In this document: positions 11,906 through 24,796 of the stretch, piece after piece
How the letters are laid out: every line of letters starts with the position of its first letter
Position numbering within the stretch: position 1 is the first letter of the stretch
DNA from: Chrysemys picta bellii
Lineage: Eukaryota
NCBI RefSeq assembly: GCF_011386835.1
Contig: NC_088792.1
Location: 178,932,001 to 178,996,000 of the forward strand
Direction of reading: 5' to 3'
DNA: 64,000 bases
Position numbers and translations under genes: made by a program
Notes under the pieces: model-generated
What the model was told of the DNA's origin: nothing
Seen by the model: the letters and a program-made list of their open reading frames with translations, nothing else
Databases searched by the model: none

Positions 11906-12880
11906 TGCTGAGAAAAGTTGTTGAACTTAAAGTACTGCACAGGATCTTTTCAGGGGGAATAAGGCAAAGCGCCACATTTATTGGTAATACATGTATCAAT
12001 CAACAGTGTATCATATGCATATGATATATATTGCACTCATGCACTCACATACACACACAAGCATACTCTGTCTTGTTGTTACCAATTAGTTGCTCCCCTT
12101 AACTTCACTGGCCAGGTGAGTTAGATGGGGGAGGGGTGGAGCTGGGCTTCTGCCGATCCGGATCGATGCTCCCATGTTGACAAGATGAGACGCAGGGTCC
12201 TCTGCAAGACACCTCACATTTATAGCAGCTTCCCTCTCATGCAAATCTATACCAGATTCAAAATCTGTATCTGTGTCTGTTGGTCCTTTGTGCTGCTTCT
12301 TTCTGGGTGTTGTCCCAAAGCTGCTCAAAGAGGGTGTTTTCAAAAGAAGGTGCTTGCTTCTAACCCCCAAGGCCGTCAATATGTCTGCTCTTCTTTAGTG
12401 AGCCCACTTGACAAGTGTTATTGTTCTTGGGTCTGGCTTCCATCCCCTCTCCAACTGTAGCAGCTGTCTGGAGGTGCTTGTCTTCCATGCCTTTACTCAT
12501 TCACACCCCGTTCATTCAACAGGGCAATTGATTAAAGGGGGTGGGGGGGGAGATCTTATTCTACTCCTACCAAAAAGACATTTTTTAACATTATACCAAG
12601 GCTCAATACAAAGTTTTCTATATAAGGATCTGAGACAAAGTTGTATGAAAATAGAGGTATAATACAAAGTCATATGAAAGTTATGTGAAGATACTTAATG
12701 CAGAGATTTATCTACAAAGTGATATTAACAAACATTCAAGTATCTCTCTTCACAGCAGACTTACTAGCTATCTGTGAAAAGTGATACTTGTATGTTTGTT
12801 GATATCACTTATCATAGCCTCCCAGGTAGCTACTAGGTGCTGCAATATTAACAAATATACAAATATCACTTTTCACAGCA
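11906..12880 (-). mobile_element. Solo LTR, 975 bp, inserted in the hAT element
   Basis: TG...CA ends with inverted termini TGCTGAGAAAAG / CTTTTCACAGCA. 4-bp flanks AGCT/AGCC. On the - strand, TATAAAT at 12218-12224 lies upstream of AATAAA at 11977-11982. Confidence 0.75.
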
Positions 12881-15377
12881 AGCCCCAGAACCCACTAAGC
12901 CCTGAATGGGGGCGGGGGGGGGGGGACTGAAGTGAGAGGCAGCATTGTTTTTGTTGTTGAGTCTGCCAAAAAAACCCTACAAATCTACATTTAAATGATT
13001 TGGATGTGAATCTGTGCATATTTAATTGTTTTTCCTAAAGTTAATTAAGTATTTTAGGGGGGAAAGTGTCAGTGTGGCCACCAGTGAGAGTTGGTGGCCA
13101 CACTCTGAGGCCACCAAAAAATTTGTTGCAAGAACCCCTGATTTAGCGTTTCCCTTACTGTTAGTATGCAATGTCTCCATCATGGAAGGAGAGTGGTGTG
13201 GTTTCACACACATGTAAAGATGGGGAGACAAGCTCCACTCTATTTGTTTCCTACAGACTATTAAAGGCAGAGATGCAGCGCACTGAGTGAACTCTCTGTG
13301 AAAAACCCAGATCTACTGAAACTGAAAAGAATGCTACTGAGATAGATTTGTCTCTGCCCAGCACAGAGCAGGGAATCCACCCACTTAGTTATTTCTCAGT
13401 TATGCAATTCCCTGCACTCTGGCTGTGGGAGTGTGGTTTACATAATGACAATAAGAGTGTTTCTCAACAATAGTATAATATGCAAATCCCTTTACCCTGT
13501 CTCAGGGCCTTTATTAGCCAATCAGAGATTTGAACAATTATTGTATGGCCATTTCTCCAGTGTACAGGTATTTTAAAAATCCTTTCACTCTGACTGGCTA
13601 CAGCTCACTGAACTCTGGATCTATCTGACCCCTTCAAATATGGCTGCCTTAATTTCTGATTCTGTGACACCCAACCCTGTCACCCTACCCTAACTTCAGA
13701 TATGGAATATACTTGAATAAAGAAATTACTCCAGGGAGGGGAGAAGGGGAAAGAAGCCATCTGCAGCAGCAAAGAGGAGAAGATATTGACAAGTCTTGGG
13801 TTAAATGAGGGGTTTGGAAGGTGAAAAAACCTTGTTTCTTATAGACCTGTAGAGGTGGAGTCCTGTGAGCAGTAGACAAGCAGAGTACTGGATGTGAGGA
13901 TGGAAAGCACATTTCATTATTACAGTAATAATACTTTGTAGTAACAGAAGTGCTCTTTAAATTAAATCAGTAGGAGTGGTATCTTGGTCTAATGAACTCC
14001 TTGGCCATATTAATGAGGAGCAGCCCAATACATTTAGTATTTAGATAAACTGTATTAAAAAAATTAATCTTCAAAGTGGAGAGACATAAGTAAAAGTTTA
14101 GAGGGTGAAAGACAAGGTTGGGAGAACAGAAATCTGAAGGGTCTAGAAAAGTATTTACTCAATCTTTACATGCTTCTCAGTGGCCAGTATGTGGTCTTTG
14201 TGCCACATCTAGTTCAGAGTCTGTGGAGTTACATGTATTGAAACCAGCTGAGGATCCCAATGTGTATGATGAGCATTTTCAGCATGTGTAACTGCTCATC
14301 TCAAAAAGGTTTCTTCACCAGGAAGAGTTAAGTCAGCCTTTCAACCTATTCCCTCTATTTCCTCCCTCCCCCAAAAAATCTCAGGTCATTGTGGGTGCCT
14401 TTCTGGGGTTTTTTAAGAGTCTGAATACATTATTTCAAGATGAACAAATGACTTGTCCAATAGCATCATGTCTTTTGATTGGTATGCTGCCCTTTTATTG
14501 ATGTATCCCAGCATGCTGCTTGCCTTTCATCCTTTTATGCCTCCAAAGATTTCCCCCCCCCTAGTAATCCCTTTCTTGGGAAGTATTCTGCATCTCTCTT
14601 CTGTTTAAAATGCACATTCTGTTTTGGTGTGTTCACGTCCTCAGGTTTGTGGTTTTACATTTGTTTCCATGAAAGTGCATTTTCTCTTAGGTCCAGTCAT
14701 CTAAAAGAAAATTATAGTCAAGTTTGTATTGGTATAAATCTTTGATATCTTACTGTACACTTGATAGACTGATAGGATTAAACCCTGGTCTGCCTGAAGA
14801 CGGGGGCAAAACTCTGACTGATTTATATAGTACCAGATTTTGGCTCACATACACTGTTGCATGGATAAGGCCCTTTCCCAAAGCCATTCTGGGTACTTCC
14901 TGGCTAGGAATCTTTCTAGTAAGGGCCATTAGTATGTACAGCCACCCCCTGCTTCCTGTTTTCAAGCCAAATGAGGTAAAGTATAATGCTTTCTTTTGGT
15001 TGAATAATATTCACTTAAGGTGGGCTCCATTGTGGTTTTGCCATGAGCCGCTAGTTAAAGGGCAGGGCATAGTTGCACTGCCCCGTGTGCAGATGGAGAA
15101 CCAGTTTGTGACTGAGTCACAGTCTGATCCACAGTTCCCCTTTGGGCTAGGACTGGCACTGCAGAGAGAGGGAGACAATCTGTGCTGGCCCTATTCTTGG
15201 CACAAATTACTTTTCCTGTTTCACGGTATCAGCTGCTCTTGCCTGTGAACTGGGAAGGCACAGCAGACTCAACTCCCACCCCACTCCTTGGGAGTAAGGG
15301 GGCACCTTTGTAACATGTTTTTGTATAAAAACAACAAGGAGTCCAGTGGCACCTTAAAGACTAACAGATTTATTTGG

Positions 15378-15420
15378 GCATAAACTTTCGCGGGTAAAAA
15401 AACCCCACTTCTTCAGAAGC
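15378..15420 (-). ncRNA. Degenerate hammerhead motif in Penelope pLTR
   Basis: The - strand reads GCTT-CTGAAGA-A-GTGGG...CCCGC-GAAA-GTTT-ATGC. The core is present, but helix I and the AGCT palindrome each carry a substitution. Confidence 0.55.
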
Positions 15421-18273
15421 ATGGAGTGAAAATTACAGATTGAAGCATTGTTATACTGACACATGAAGAGAAGGGAGTTACCTCACAAGTGGAGAACCAG
15501 TGCTGACAGGGCCAATTCACTCAGGGTGGATGTAGTCCACTCCCAATAATTGATGAGGAGGTGTCAATTCCAGGAGAGAGAAAGTTGCTTTTGTAGTGAG
15601 CCAGCCACTCCCAGTCCCTATTCAAGCCCAAATTAATGGTGTTAAATTTGCAAATGAATTTTAGTTCTGCAGTTTCTCTTTGAAGTCTGTTTCTGAAGTT
15701 TTTTTGTTCAAGTGTGGCTACTTTTAAATCTGTTATAGAATGACCAGGAAGATTCAAGTGTTCTCCTACTGGCTTTTGTATGTTACCATTCCTGATGTCC
15801 GTTTTGTGTCCATTTATTCTTTTATGTAGAGACTGTCTGGTTTGGCCAATGTACATGGCAGAGGGGCATTGCTGGCACATGATGGTATATATCACATTCG
15901 TAGATGTGCAGGTGAATGGAGTCCGTGATGGTGTGGCTGATGTGGTTGGGTCCTATGATGGTGTCGCTAGAGTAGATCTGGGGACAGGGCAGGCAACGAG
16001 GTTTGTTACAGGGATTGGTTCCCGGGTTAGTGTTTCTGTGGTGTGATCTTTAGTTGCTGGTGAGTATTTGCTTCAGGTTGCAGGACTGTCTGTAAGCGAG
16101 GACTGGCCTGCCTCCCAAAGTCTGTGAGAGTGAGGGATTGTTTTCCAGGATAGGTTGTAGATTGTTGATGATGTGCTGGAGAGGTTTTAGGTGGGGGCTG
16201 TACGTGATGGCCAGTGGTGTTCTGTTATTTTCCTTATTGGGCCTGTCCTGTAGTAGGTAACTTCTGGGTACCAGTCTTGCTCTGTCAATCTGTTTCCTCA
16301 CTTCCCCAGGTGGGTATTGTAGTTTTAAGAATGCTTGATAAAGATCTTGTAGGTGTTTGTCTCTGTCTGAGGGATTGGAGCAAATGCGGTTGTATCTTAG
16401 GACTTGACTATAGACAATGGATCGTGTGATGTGTCCTGGATGGAAGCTGGAGGCATGTAGGTAAGTATAGCGGTCAGTAGGTTTCCGGTATAGGGTGGTG
16501 TTTATGTGACCATCACTTATTTGCACTGTAGTGTCCAGGAAGTGGATCTCTTGTGTGGACTGGTCCAGGCTGAGGTTAATGGTGGGGTGGAAATTGTTGA
16601 AATCCAGTTGGAATTCTTCAAGGGCCTCCTTCCCATGGGTCCATATGATGAAGATGTCATCAATGTAGCACAAGTAGAGGAGGGTGCTAGAGGACGAGAG
16701 CTGAGGAAGCGTTGTTCTAAGTTAGCCATAAAAATGTTGGCATGCTGTGGGGCCATGCAGGTACCCATAGTAGTGCCACTGACTTAAAGGTATAAGTTGT
16801 CCCCAAATCTGAAATGGTTGTGGGTGAGGACAAAGTCACAAAGCTCAGCCACTAGGTGTGCCATGTCCTCATCAGGGATACTGTTCTTGACAGCTTGTAG
16901 TCCATCCTCATGTGGAATATTGGTGTAAAGAGCTTCTACATCCATGGTGGCCAGGATGGTGATTTCAGGAAGATCACCAATGCATTGTAGTTTCCTCAGG
17001 GAGTTGGTGGTGTCTCGAAGATAGCTAGGAGTGCTGGTAGTGTAGGGTCTGAGGAGAGAATCCAAATAGCCAGATAATCCTGCTGTAAGTGCCAGTGCCT
17101 GGGATGATGGGGTGTCCAGGGTTTCCAGGTTTATGGATCTTGGGTAGCAGATAGACTACCCCTGGTCGGGGCTCTGGGGGTGACCCCGTGTAGATTTTTT
17201 TCCTGTGCTATAGCAAGGCATTTCTTGAGCAGATGGTGTAGTTTCTTTTCGTACTCCTCAGTGGGATCAGAGGATAGTGGCCTGTAGAATGTGGTGTTGG
17301 AGAGTTGCCTGGCAGCCCCCTGTTCATAATCCGACCTGTTCATTATGATAACAGCACCTCCTTTGTCAACCGCTTTGATTATAATGTCAGAATTGTTTCT
17401 GAGGCTGTGGATGGCATTGCGTTCTGTATGGCTGAGGTTATGGGGCAAGTGATGCTGTTTGTACACAATTTCAGCATGTGCACGTCTGCGGAAGCACTCT
17501 ATGTAGAAGTCCAGTCTGTCATTTTGACCGTCAGGAGGAGTCCACGCAGAATTTTTCTTCTTGTAGTGTTGGTAGGAGGGTTCCTATGGGTCAGTGCACT
17601 GTTCAGTGGTGTGTTGAAAATATTCCTTGAGTCGGAGATGACAAAAGTAGGCTTCCAGATCACCACAGAACTGTATCATGTTTGTGGAGGGGGTGGGGCA
17701 GAAAAAGAGTCCCCGAGATAAGACAGACTCTTCTGCCAGGCTAAGTGTGTGGTTGTATAGATTAACAATATTGTTGGGTGAGTTAAGGGCACCACTATTG
17801 TAGCCCCTTGTGCCATGTAGAAGTTTAGATAATTTACTGTTTTTTTCCTCCATAGAGAAGTGAAGTGTGCGTTGTAAATGGCTTCTTTCATTTTTGTAAA
17901 GTCCAGCCACGTGGAAGTTTGTGTGGAAGATTGGTTTTGTATGAGAATTTCCAGAGTAGCCATACTTGAGAGTAGCCATACTTGAAAAAAAAAACCTTCA
18001 GAAACAGACTTTAAAGAGAATCTGCAGAACTAAAATTAATTTGCAAATTTAACACCATTAATTTGGGCTTGAATAGGGACCGGGAGTGGCTGGCTCACTA
18101 CAAAAGCAACTTTCCCTCTCCTGGAATTGACACCTCCTCATCAATTATTGGGAGTGGACTACATCCATCCTGAGTGAATTGGCCCTATCAACACTGACTC
18201 TCCACTTGTGTGGTAACTCCTTTCTCTTCATGTGTCAGTATAACAATGCTTCAATCTGTAGTTTTCACTCCAT

Positions 18274-18315
18274 GCATCTGAAGAAGTGGGGTTTTTTACT
18301 CATGAAAGCTTATGC
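18274..18315 (+). ncRNA. Minimal hammerhead motif in the inverted Penelope pLTR (core intact)
   Basis: GCAT-CTGAAGA-A-GTGGG(GTTTTTTA)CTCAT-GAAA-GC-T-T-ATGC. Helix II is kept through G-U pairs. Confidence 0.65.
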
Positions 18316-18472
18316 CCAAATAAATCTGTTAGTCTTTAAGGTGCCACCGGACTCCTTGTTGTTTTTGTGGATACAGATTAACACGGCTACCCCCTGATGT
18401 TTTTGTATATTAAATAGTGATTACAAGTTGATTTGTGATTTAAAATTATTTATAAGTTATTCTTTATGCCTT

Positions 18473-19318
18473 TACATTTGATTAAGGTATTTGACCACGT
18501 ATTAGATATGGAGTCTGAAATTCAAAATGGCGTGCCTGCAAAACAACAGCTCAACTCCATCTTTGTTTAAATTCTTGTTGAAGTTTTTGCGCCCTTTCGG
18601 AACTTTGGTAGGAAAAGCAGCTAGCGGTCAGCACGGAACTAGTTCAAACATGTTTCAGCAGGGGAGTTGCCAGGTTTACCTCAGAACCTTGGCGTGCTTG
18701 TGCCTATATAAACTCTGAGGGCCCGCTGCCTAGTCACTGTCCGTCCTAGAGACAGCCACGGTACTGTTGTATTTGCTCGGCAAGGAGAACCAGAAGATCA
18801 GCATCTGAAGAGATCAGCATTAAGAACCGTAACTGTGCTTACCAATCTCTGAACCCCACATCATTTTCAGCAAGAGGTACAGAGGTCCTGTTGATCTCCA
18901 TTTAAGAAGCGGTTGAGACCCAGGATCCATCATTTGCCTGTGACAATGGTGTCGTACCATCTACTGCCTATCAACACCAAGAAACGGTGCAATATCTGGG
19001 GTATTTTTGTTTTAGGTTTATTTGTTTATTGCCAGGGTACCTATTTGGTTGGGCCTGGGTTAAACTCCAAACTTTCAAACCACATCTCACTGTTGTTTCT
19101 TATTAAGTTATCTGTTTAAATAAAAGTTGTTATCTGTTTACTTTATTCTTTTCTCTTCTTTATCCATTTGCATCACGGGATAGGGAGGTACACTATCTTT
19201 CCCTTCTAACTCCCTGGTGATAGATACCGGATAAGGGTCCAAGATCCTGCTAATTAGCTGCAAGGCATAGCTGGCCTATACCATCTTCACCAACATAGTT
19301 AACCTTACAGGGTTAACA
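18473..19318 (+). mobile_element. Probable solo LTR, ~845 bp
   Basis: TATATAAA at 18705-18712, AATAAA at 19119-19124, ends ...GGGTTAACA. Flanks CCTT (18469-18472 / 19319-19322). The left end reads TA rather than TG, so that boundary is uncertain. Confidence 0.5.
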
Positions 19319-22300
19319 CCTTCTGCATGTTTACTCATCCTTGCAGGTGCATAGCCAGTGGTACAATCTGGCCCTATGCTCTTTGGCAAATATTGCTGGG
19401 TTTTGTCAAATTTATTAGACAATTTTTCTGGTGGCATTCAGTCAGCTGTGTATCTGTCTGAATCCTATTTGTCTCATAATTTATTTGGCAGAAGATTTTT
19501 TTATTCAACTGTCCTTTTACCCTACCCGGTAAACTTCAATCTGGGACCCAATCAAATAAGGATTTGTTGTATCTTCAATTTCTCTTCACTCTGTATACAA
19601 ATCAGGCCATGTGGACAGTATTCAAATACCAGTATGAATTGAAATACAAACCAAAACCCAAATCCAAATAGCAGATACTGAAGATGGACACATCATATTG
19701 GGGAGAAAGGGTCAGCTGTTTTAAAAGAAAGCTGTCCCTATCCACCACTCCCACCACATACAGAGTCCCACCTCTTGTCTTAGCCCGTTCTCTCCTTTAC
19801 CTCTTGTGTTCACCATCTGTCTGCTATGGAGAGACATTTTCCAAATTAGTCCTTTTTTTAAGGCTGAGTCCTGCAAGGTACCAAGCACACATTAATTTCC
19901 CACTGAGTTCAGTAGAAAATTTAGCTGCTTAGCAGGAAGGGGTCATTGTTAAAACTAGGACCTCAGAATCTTTGAGCCACACCGTGGTAGTATGTCTGCT
20001 TGCACGATGGTCTAAGAGATATTGTGGGTGACAGAAAACTTAAAACTTTCTTGTGTAAAACAGATTCTTTTATGAAAATCTAAATATTTAGGGCCAGATC
20101 CTCAGCAGGGTAAATCGGTGTAGTCACGCATACACCAATATATGCCACTTGTGGAAGCTGCACTTCCCTGGCCAACCCTGCCAGAAATATTGGCAGAAAA
20201 CTTCCATGAAATTAGGTGTTAATACCTTCCTCTCACTAGCCTGTGTTGTATGTCCCTAATTACTTACTTACTCTGTCTGCTATTGAGCTAACCATTCTGT
20301 AGCTTCTTGCTTTGCGGTCCTTTGTGGAGTGGTGGGATGTGCTGCTAGCTGGTGATTGCACAAGACCTCTTGTTTAGAGAGCACAATGTTCTGAAAAAGA
20401 ACTTAGGAATCTAGGCAACAGTGGCACAACATGCTCAAAAATGACTGGGATGAACTCCTCTGATGCCTGGAATGCTTCAGTTAAGATAACGCCACAAACG
20501 GACAAAGAGCCCACTCCTAAAAATATCTATATATGTTTTCCTCATTGCAACAATGTACCAAAGGCCATTACTGCAAAATATTCCTATTCTTAACAATGCT
20601 ATGATAGCTCCTTAACTACTGTCATGCCTTCTTTTTAAATCTACCCTAACTGAAATTGAGTTTCTGCTTTTTGTGCATGTTGCACAATTTCAAGTGGAGG
20701 GATGTAGGAGGAATTATTTCATTATGTGCTTGAATTAAATAATGATACGTTATACTGTATATTGCAAGACAAATAGCATCAGCCTGAATCAGAAACAGGT
20801 ACAGATAAGATACAGAGAGCAACAATATAAAAGACATATATTTTGCATGGTCGAGCGCTAATTTTCATTAGATTCTTTACACCGGTGGCTTCACAACACT
20901 TAATTATATATAATGAATACTCCTCATCTCTCTCAGTCTGGAAAGGGAGACGAAACAGCCACGTTACTTTCATACTTCCATTTTCATATTTAAGCCATAA
21001 CCTAATTCAGCTGAATTCAAGTTCTTGTGCTATTTTGTACTGTGCTGAAAGAAAAGGGGTTTCAGGAGGCTGCAACCAAAGAATTATACTGTACAGTAGC
21101 TTTTAAAGATTGTTACTCCTTACCTGCCAGGGCTCACTGATCTGATTTCTGCATGGGAATATTTTCAATACTGCCATTTTTACTGACTTGATCTTTAGCA
21201 TTAGATACCTTTTTCACACAGAAATAACACTGTTTTTTAATATTGAGTCTTCTAAAATTACAAATATGACCCTTCAGATGTATATGTTTCTAGCACTTGT
21301 TAATTTCCTCAATTGCTTTTTCAGGATCAATATTTCATTTTCTAATTGGTCATTTGATCTCTCTTTTTGTGACGCTGCACCTCTGATGTATGTCACTTCA
21401 GGAGCATTTTCAAAACATTGTGGGCGGCATGGAGCAATTTTAGCATAAAGAGAAAAGTATAACTAGGAATGACGGGGGAGCAAATTACATTTTGTATATA
21501 TAGTATTAAATGCTTCCATTAGTTGCCATAGGGATGGGCAGAATTTGTCTTAAATGACATCTTTTTCTGATACTTTGGATGTGTTAAAAAGAAAACATTG
21601 TGGAGAGTTGTTATTGCTCTTGAAGACTTTTTTAAATGGAAAGGGAGGAAAAAATTAAAGTGATATTTCTCTAGCAGACAAGGGAGGCTGTTAACAGAGC
21701 AGTCAACACCTTCACTTCCCCTTAGAGAGACTGACCTCTACAATACATTCATCTTTGCAGCGCCAGGATTTGTAATCCCACGGCTGCTCTGAGCTTCACC
21801 TTTTCCAGTTGTGCAACATTCTCTATCAGGCCAGCTTCTTCCATCTCTCCCCATTCTCAGCAGGAGCTTAAAAACCATCAGTGATAGTAACCAATGGTAA
21901 CTTGTTTCCTGCAAGTATCATTGCACATGTTTTAAATAAATAAAATAAAATTGGTTAGACCTACTTTTTCAGGTCAGTTTCATTTTTATACACAGTGAGT
22001 GGAAATATCAGAAGTTAATTTAAAACAAGTCCCTGTTTTACAGTCAATCCAGTGATTTTTTTTTAACTTCCAAATTCCAGAGACACAAGTGCCATATCAC
22101 AGTATGTGATCCAGGCCTAGGGCTATTAGGAGCTGGGAGCATTGTGCAGGTCAAGCCTAAGAGTGAGAAGGATGCCAGCTGTACTGTTTGCCAGCCTCCT
22201 GTCCCTTGGGGAATTGATTACAGATCATTCAACACAAGCGGCCACTGGATAATGTTGGTACCCAAAAATGTTAGCATTTCAGAAGTGACTACTGTACAAC

Positions 22301-24656
22301 ATACAAATGACTCCTGACAAAGGACTTGATGCTGCACCATTAACGTTTTCCTATTAACTTCCTAAGAGCAAGATCTGGCACACCAGGAACATGTATGGAA
22401 CTCTCTACGTATTCTTGGGGTCTGATCCAAAAGTCACCAATGTCAATGAGAATCGTTTCATTGACTTCAGTGGGTTAAGAACAAGCCCTGGAAACTAATA
22501 ACCCCCCCTCCCATTCCAGCATTTCAGGCTAACTACAAGTGATGGCATTGTTTTTATTTTTTGTCCCTCAAAAAATAATGAGCATTTGGAATTCAGGGTT
22601 ATTCGCTTTGGGGATCCTGAAGTCTCAGCAAACATTGGATATTATTTAGACAATGCTGCCCATAGACTGTAAAGTCTTTGCTAGTAAATATTTGTCCTGT
22701 CAAATAACACTACAGTCATCATGTGCATTTTATTATGTCAGAGTTCATGGGAATACATATCAGTAATACAATTATTGTGTCTGTAACAACTGTAAACTCA
22801 AGATGTAGCATACATGCTTTGTTTTTTTCTGATTGGTTTTAATTTAAACAAACAAACAAACCCAAGCCATGCAACATACTGTATTTGACATACGCTAACA
22901 GTGTTCTCTGGAAACAATTTCCATGCTGCTGTACTGTCTAAAAGACTGAGCTACTATAAAGTTAAGGGAACTGGAGGAGAGAATGAAGATTAGATCTTCC
23001 ACGATGAAACTTCAATTAGGTCTTGAGCCTACAAGTCCTTGCACAATTTACAAGATGGTTGCATTTCAAAGTAGAGGTGATTTGAAAGCCAAAGCAAGGT
23101 TAAACACTACACATAGCCCTCTGCACTGAGCTTCCCACACCCTTTACTGCATAGAGTAAAAAAGGAGCAGAGTGTGGACAGAGAATAAGCATTTCTGAGG
23201 AGACATGAGAGTAAGTGCAACCCTCCCCATGCTAAGAGAACTCTTAGCTACAATATATATTCCCCTCTTAGGCCATACTTCTGCTACCAGGCAGAAGTAA
23301 TTTGACAGCTGTGCAGCAACACTGTCATTAATGAAGGAGTGAGTTCTCCTGGCACTATATCTTGTTCATCATTTTTTACATGGCACTTATTTGCACAGGA
23401 CAGGATCAAGCCTTTTAATGAAGCATTGAAAGCTATTCAGAGATGAGGCAATATAGTGAACTACTATTGCACAGACACATGTACAGGAAGCATTGATGAG
23501 TTTCCATATGAACACTCCACAGTCTAAAAACTTGGAAAGATTTTAAGCAGATGGTACCAACCAGCTTCCAATTCACTAAAAATCCAAAGGAACCTTAGCA
23601 CATAAATAATTCCATCTAAAGTCAGTTATAAATCTTGTATACAAAACTGTGTCTAAATCCAGTAGCAAAATATGGTAAAATGCATACAATAGTATCTGAG
23701 TTTGGGTAATTCTGCTCATTTTTGTCAAATGTATGCTCATATTCAATATCCATAGCCACAAATGCAGATATTAGTGAGGAAGAAGATTCTGCGGTGACCC
23801 CAGGGCAGCACAACATATAGGCTCAAATGGTAGGGTTTTCAAGAATACTCAGTGTTGGTCTAATGCTGCTTCCAATGAAGTCAGTCATAAAAGCCAGTGT
23901 TGAGCAAGTCTGAAAATCCCCCTTGATGCTGATAAGTTTTTTGAGACTGACACAATTCAGGTGGAATGTAACATACGAAGGGAGATTGATTTCATTTAAA
24001 TTACTAAAATAGAAGAGTCAATATGTACTACATTTAAAATCTGATCCATATAATTGCAGTACTGCGCATCTTCATTAATATACTGTGGCAATGCCATGTA
24101 CAGACTGGGGCGTGGGTGGTCATGCCTAATGGTTAGCATCAGAAAATTGGGAACCAGGGGTGGACAGGGATCTGGGATAAGAAGGGCAAGAACCACCAGC
24201 AGGCTAGGAGGCAGGAACCAGGACCAGGCAGGAAGACAGGGCTCAAAAGTGAGTAGGCAGAGTCCATAATGGCAGCCAGCCAGGGATTCACCTAGTTGCT
24301 CAGACACCATCCTGTGCCTCCTTCTGGCTTAAGTAATGTGTCTAGGCAAATTGATGGGACCAGATCTCTCTCCCAATTGGGAGCTTTGCTCTTGGTGAGC
24401 TACCAGCTCCATTAGTCCCCCCACTTTCTGGGCGGTAGTGGGCCAGGTTTTCTGGGGTGATTTTTGTGGAAGGGATATACCAGGCAGGAGTGTGCACATT
24501 CTCCGTACGTTTCCAGGAGTTCTTTTCAGGACCATAATCTTTCCAATCCACGAGATACCAGAGTCTATCTCATCTTATTCTGATGTCAGGGATCCCATGG
24601 ACAATATGCCCATTGTGGTCTTGAACACATACCAGTAGAGGTGTGTGGCTGGGAAG

Positions 24657-24796
24657 TAGGGTGACCAGATGGCAAGTGTGAAAAATCAGGGTGTGTGTGT
24701 GTATGTGTGTGTGTGTGTGTGTTATAGGTGCCTATATAAAACAAAGTCCCAAATAACAGGACTGTCCTGATAATATCGGGATGTCTGGTCACCCTA
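24657..24796. mobile_element. hAT-Tip100-like MITE with internal (TG)n, nested in the Gypsy element
   Basis: TIRs TAGGGTGACCAGA / TCTGGTCACCCTA. Flanks CTGGGAAG / CTGGAAAT match at 6/8. Confidence 0.8.

Larger units (their letters stand above)
10454..13140. mobile_element. GC-rich non-autonomous hAT element hosting two nested insertions
   Basis: Starts CAGCATTTCTCAAA and ends GCAAGAACCCCTG. 8-bp TSD ATTTAGAG (10446-10453) / ATTTAGCG (13141-13148). Degenerate GC-rich repeats at ~10900-11880. Confidence 0.75.
15328..18396 (-). mobile_element. Penelope-like retroelement (RT + GIY-YIG, decayed) with inverted pLTR at its 5' end
   Basis: RT motifs ILATMDVEALYTNIPH, MGTCMAPQHANIFM and YIDD (ORFs 16784-17065, 16517-16768, 16050-16673). 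GIY-YIG in 15521-15895. Segment ~17971-18396 is an inverted copy of the 3' end. Perfect 13-bp TSD ATGTTTTTGTATA at 15315-15327 and 18397-18409. Confidence 0.93.
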
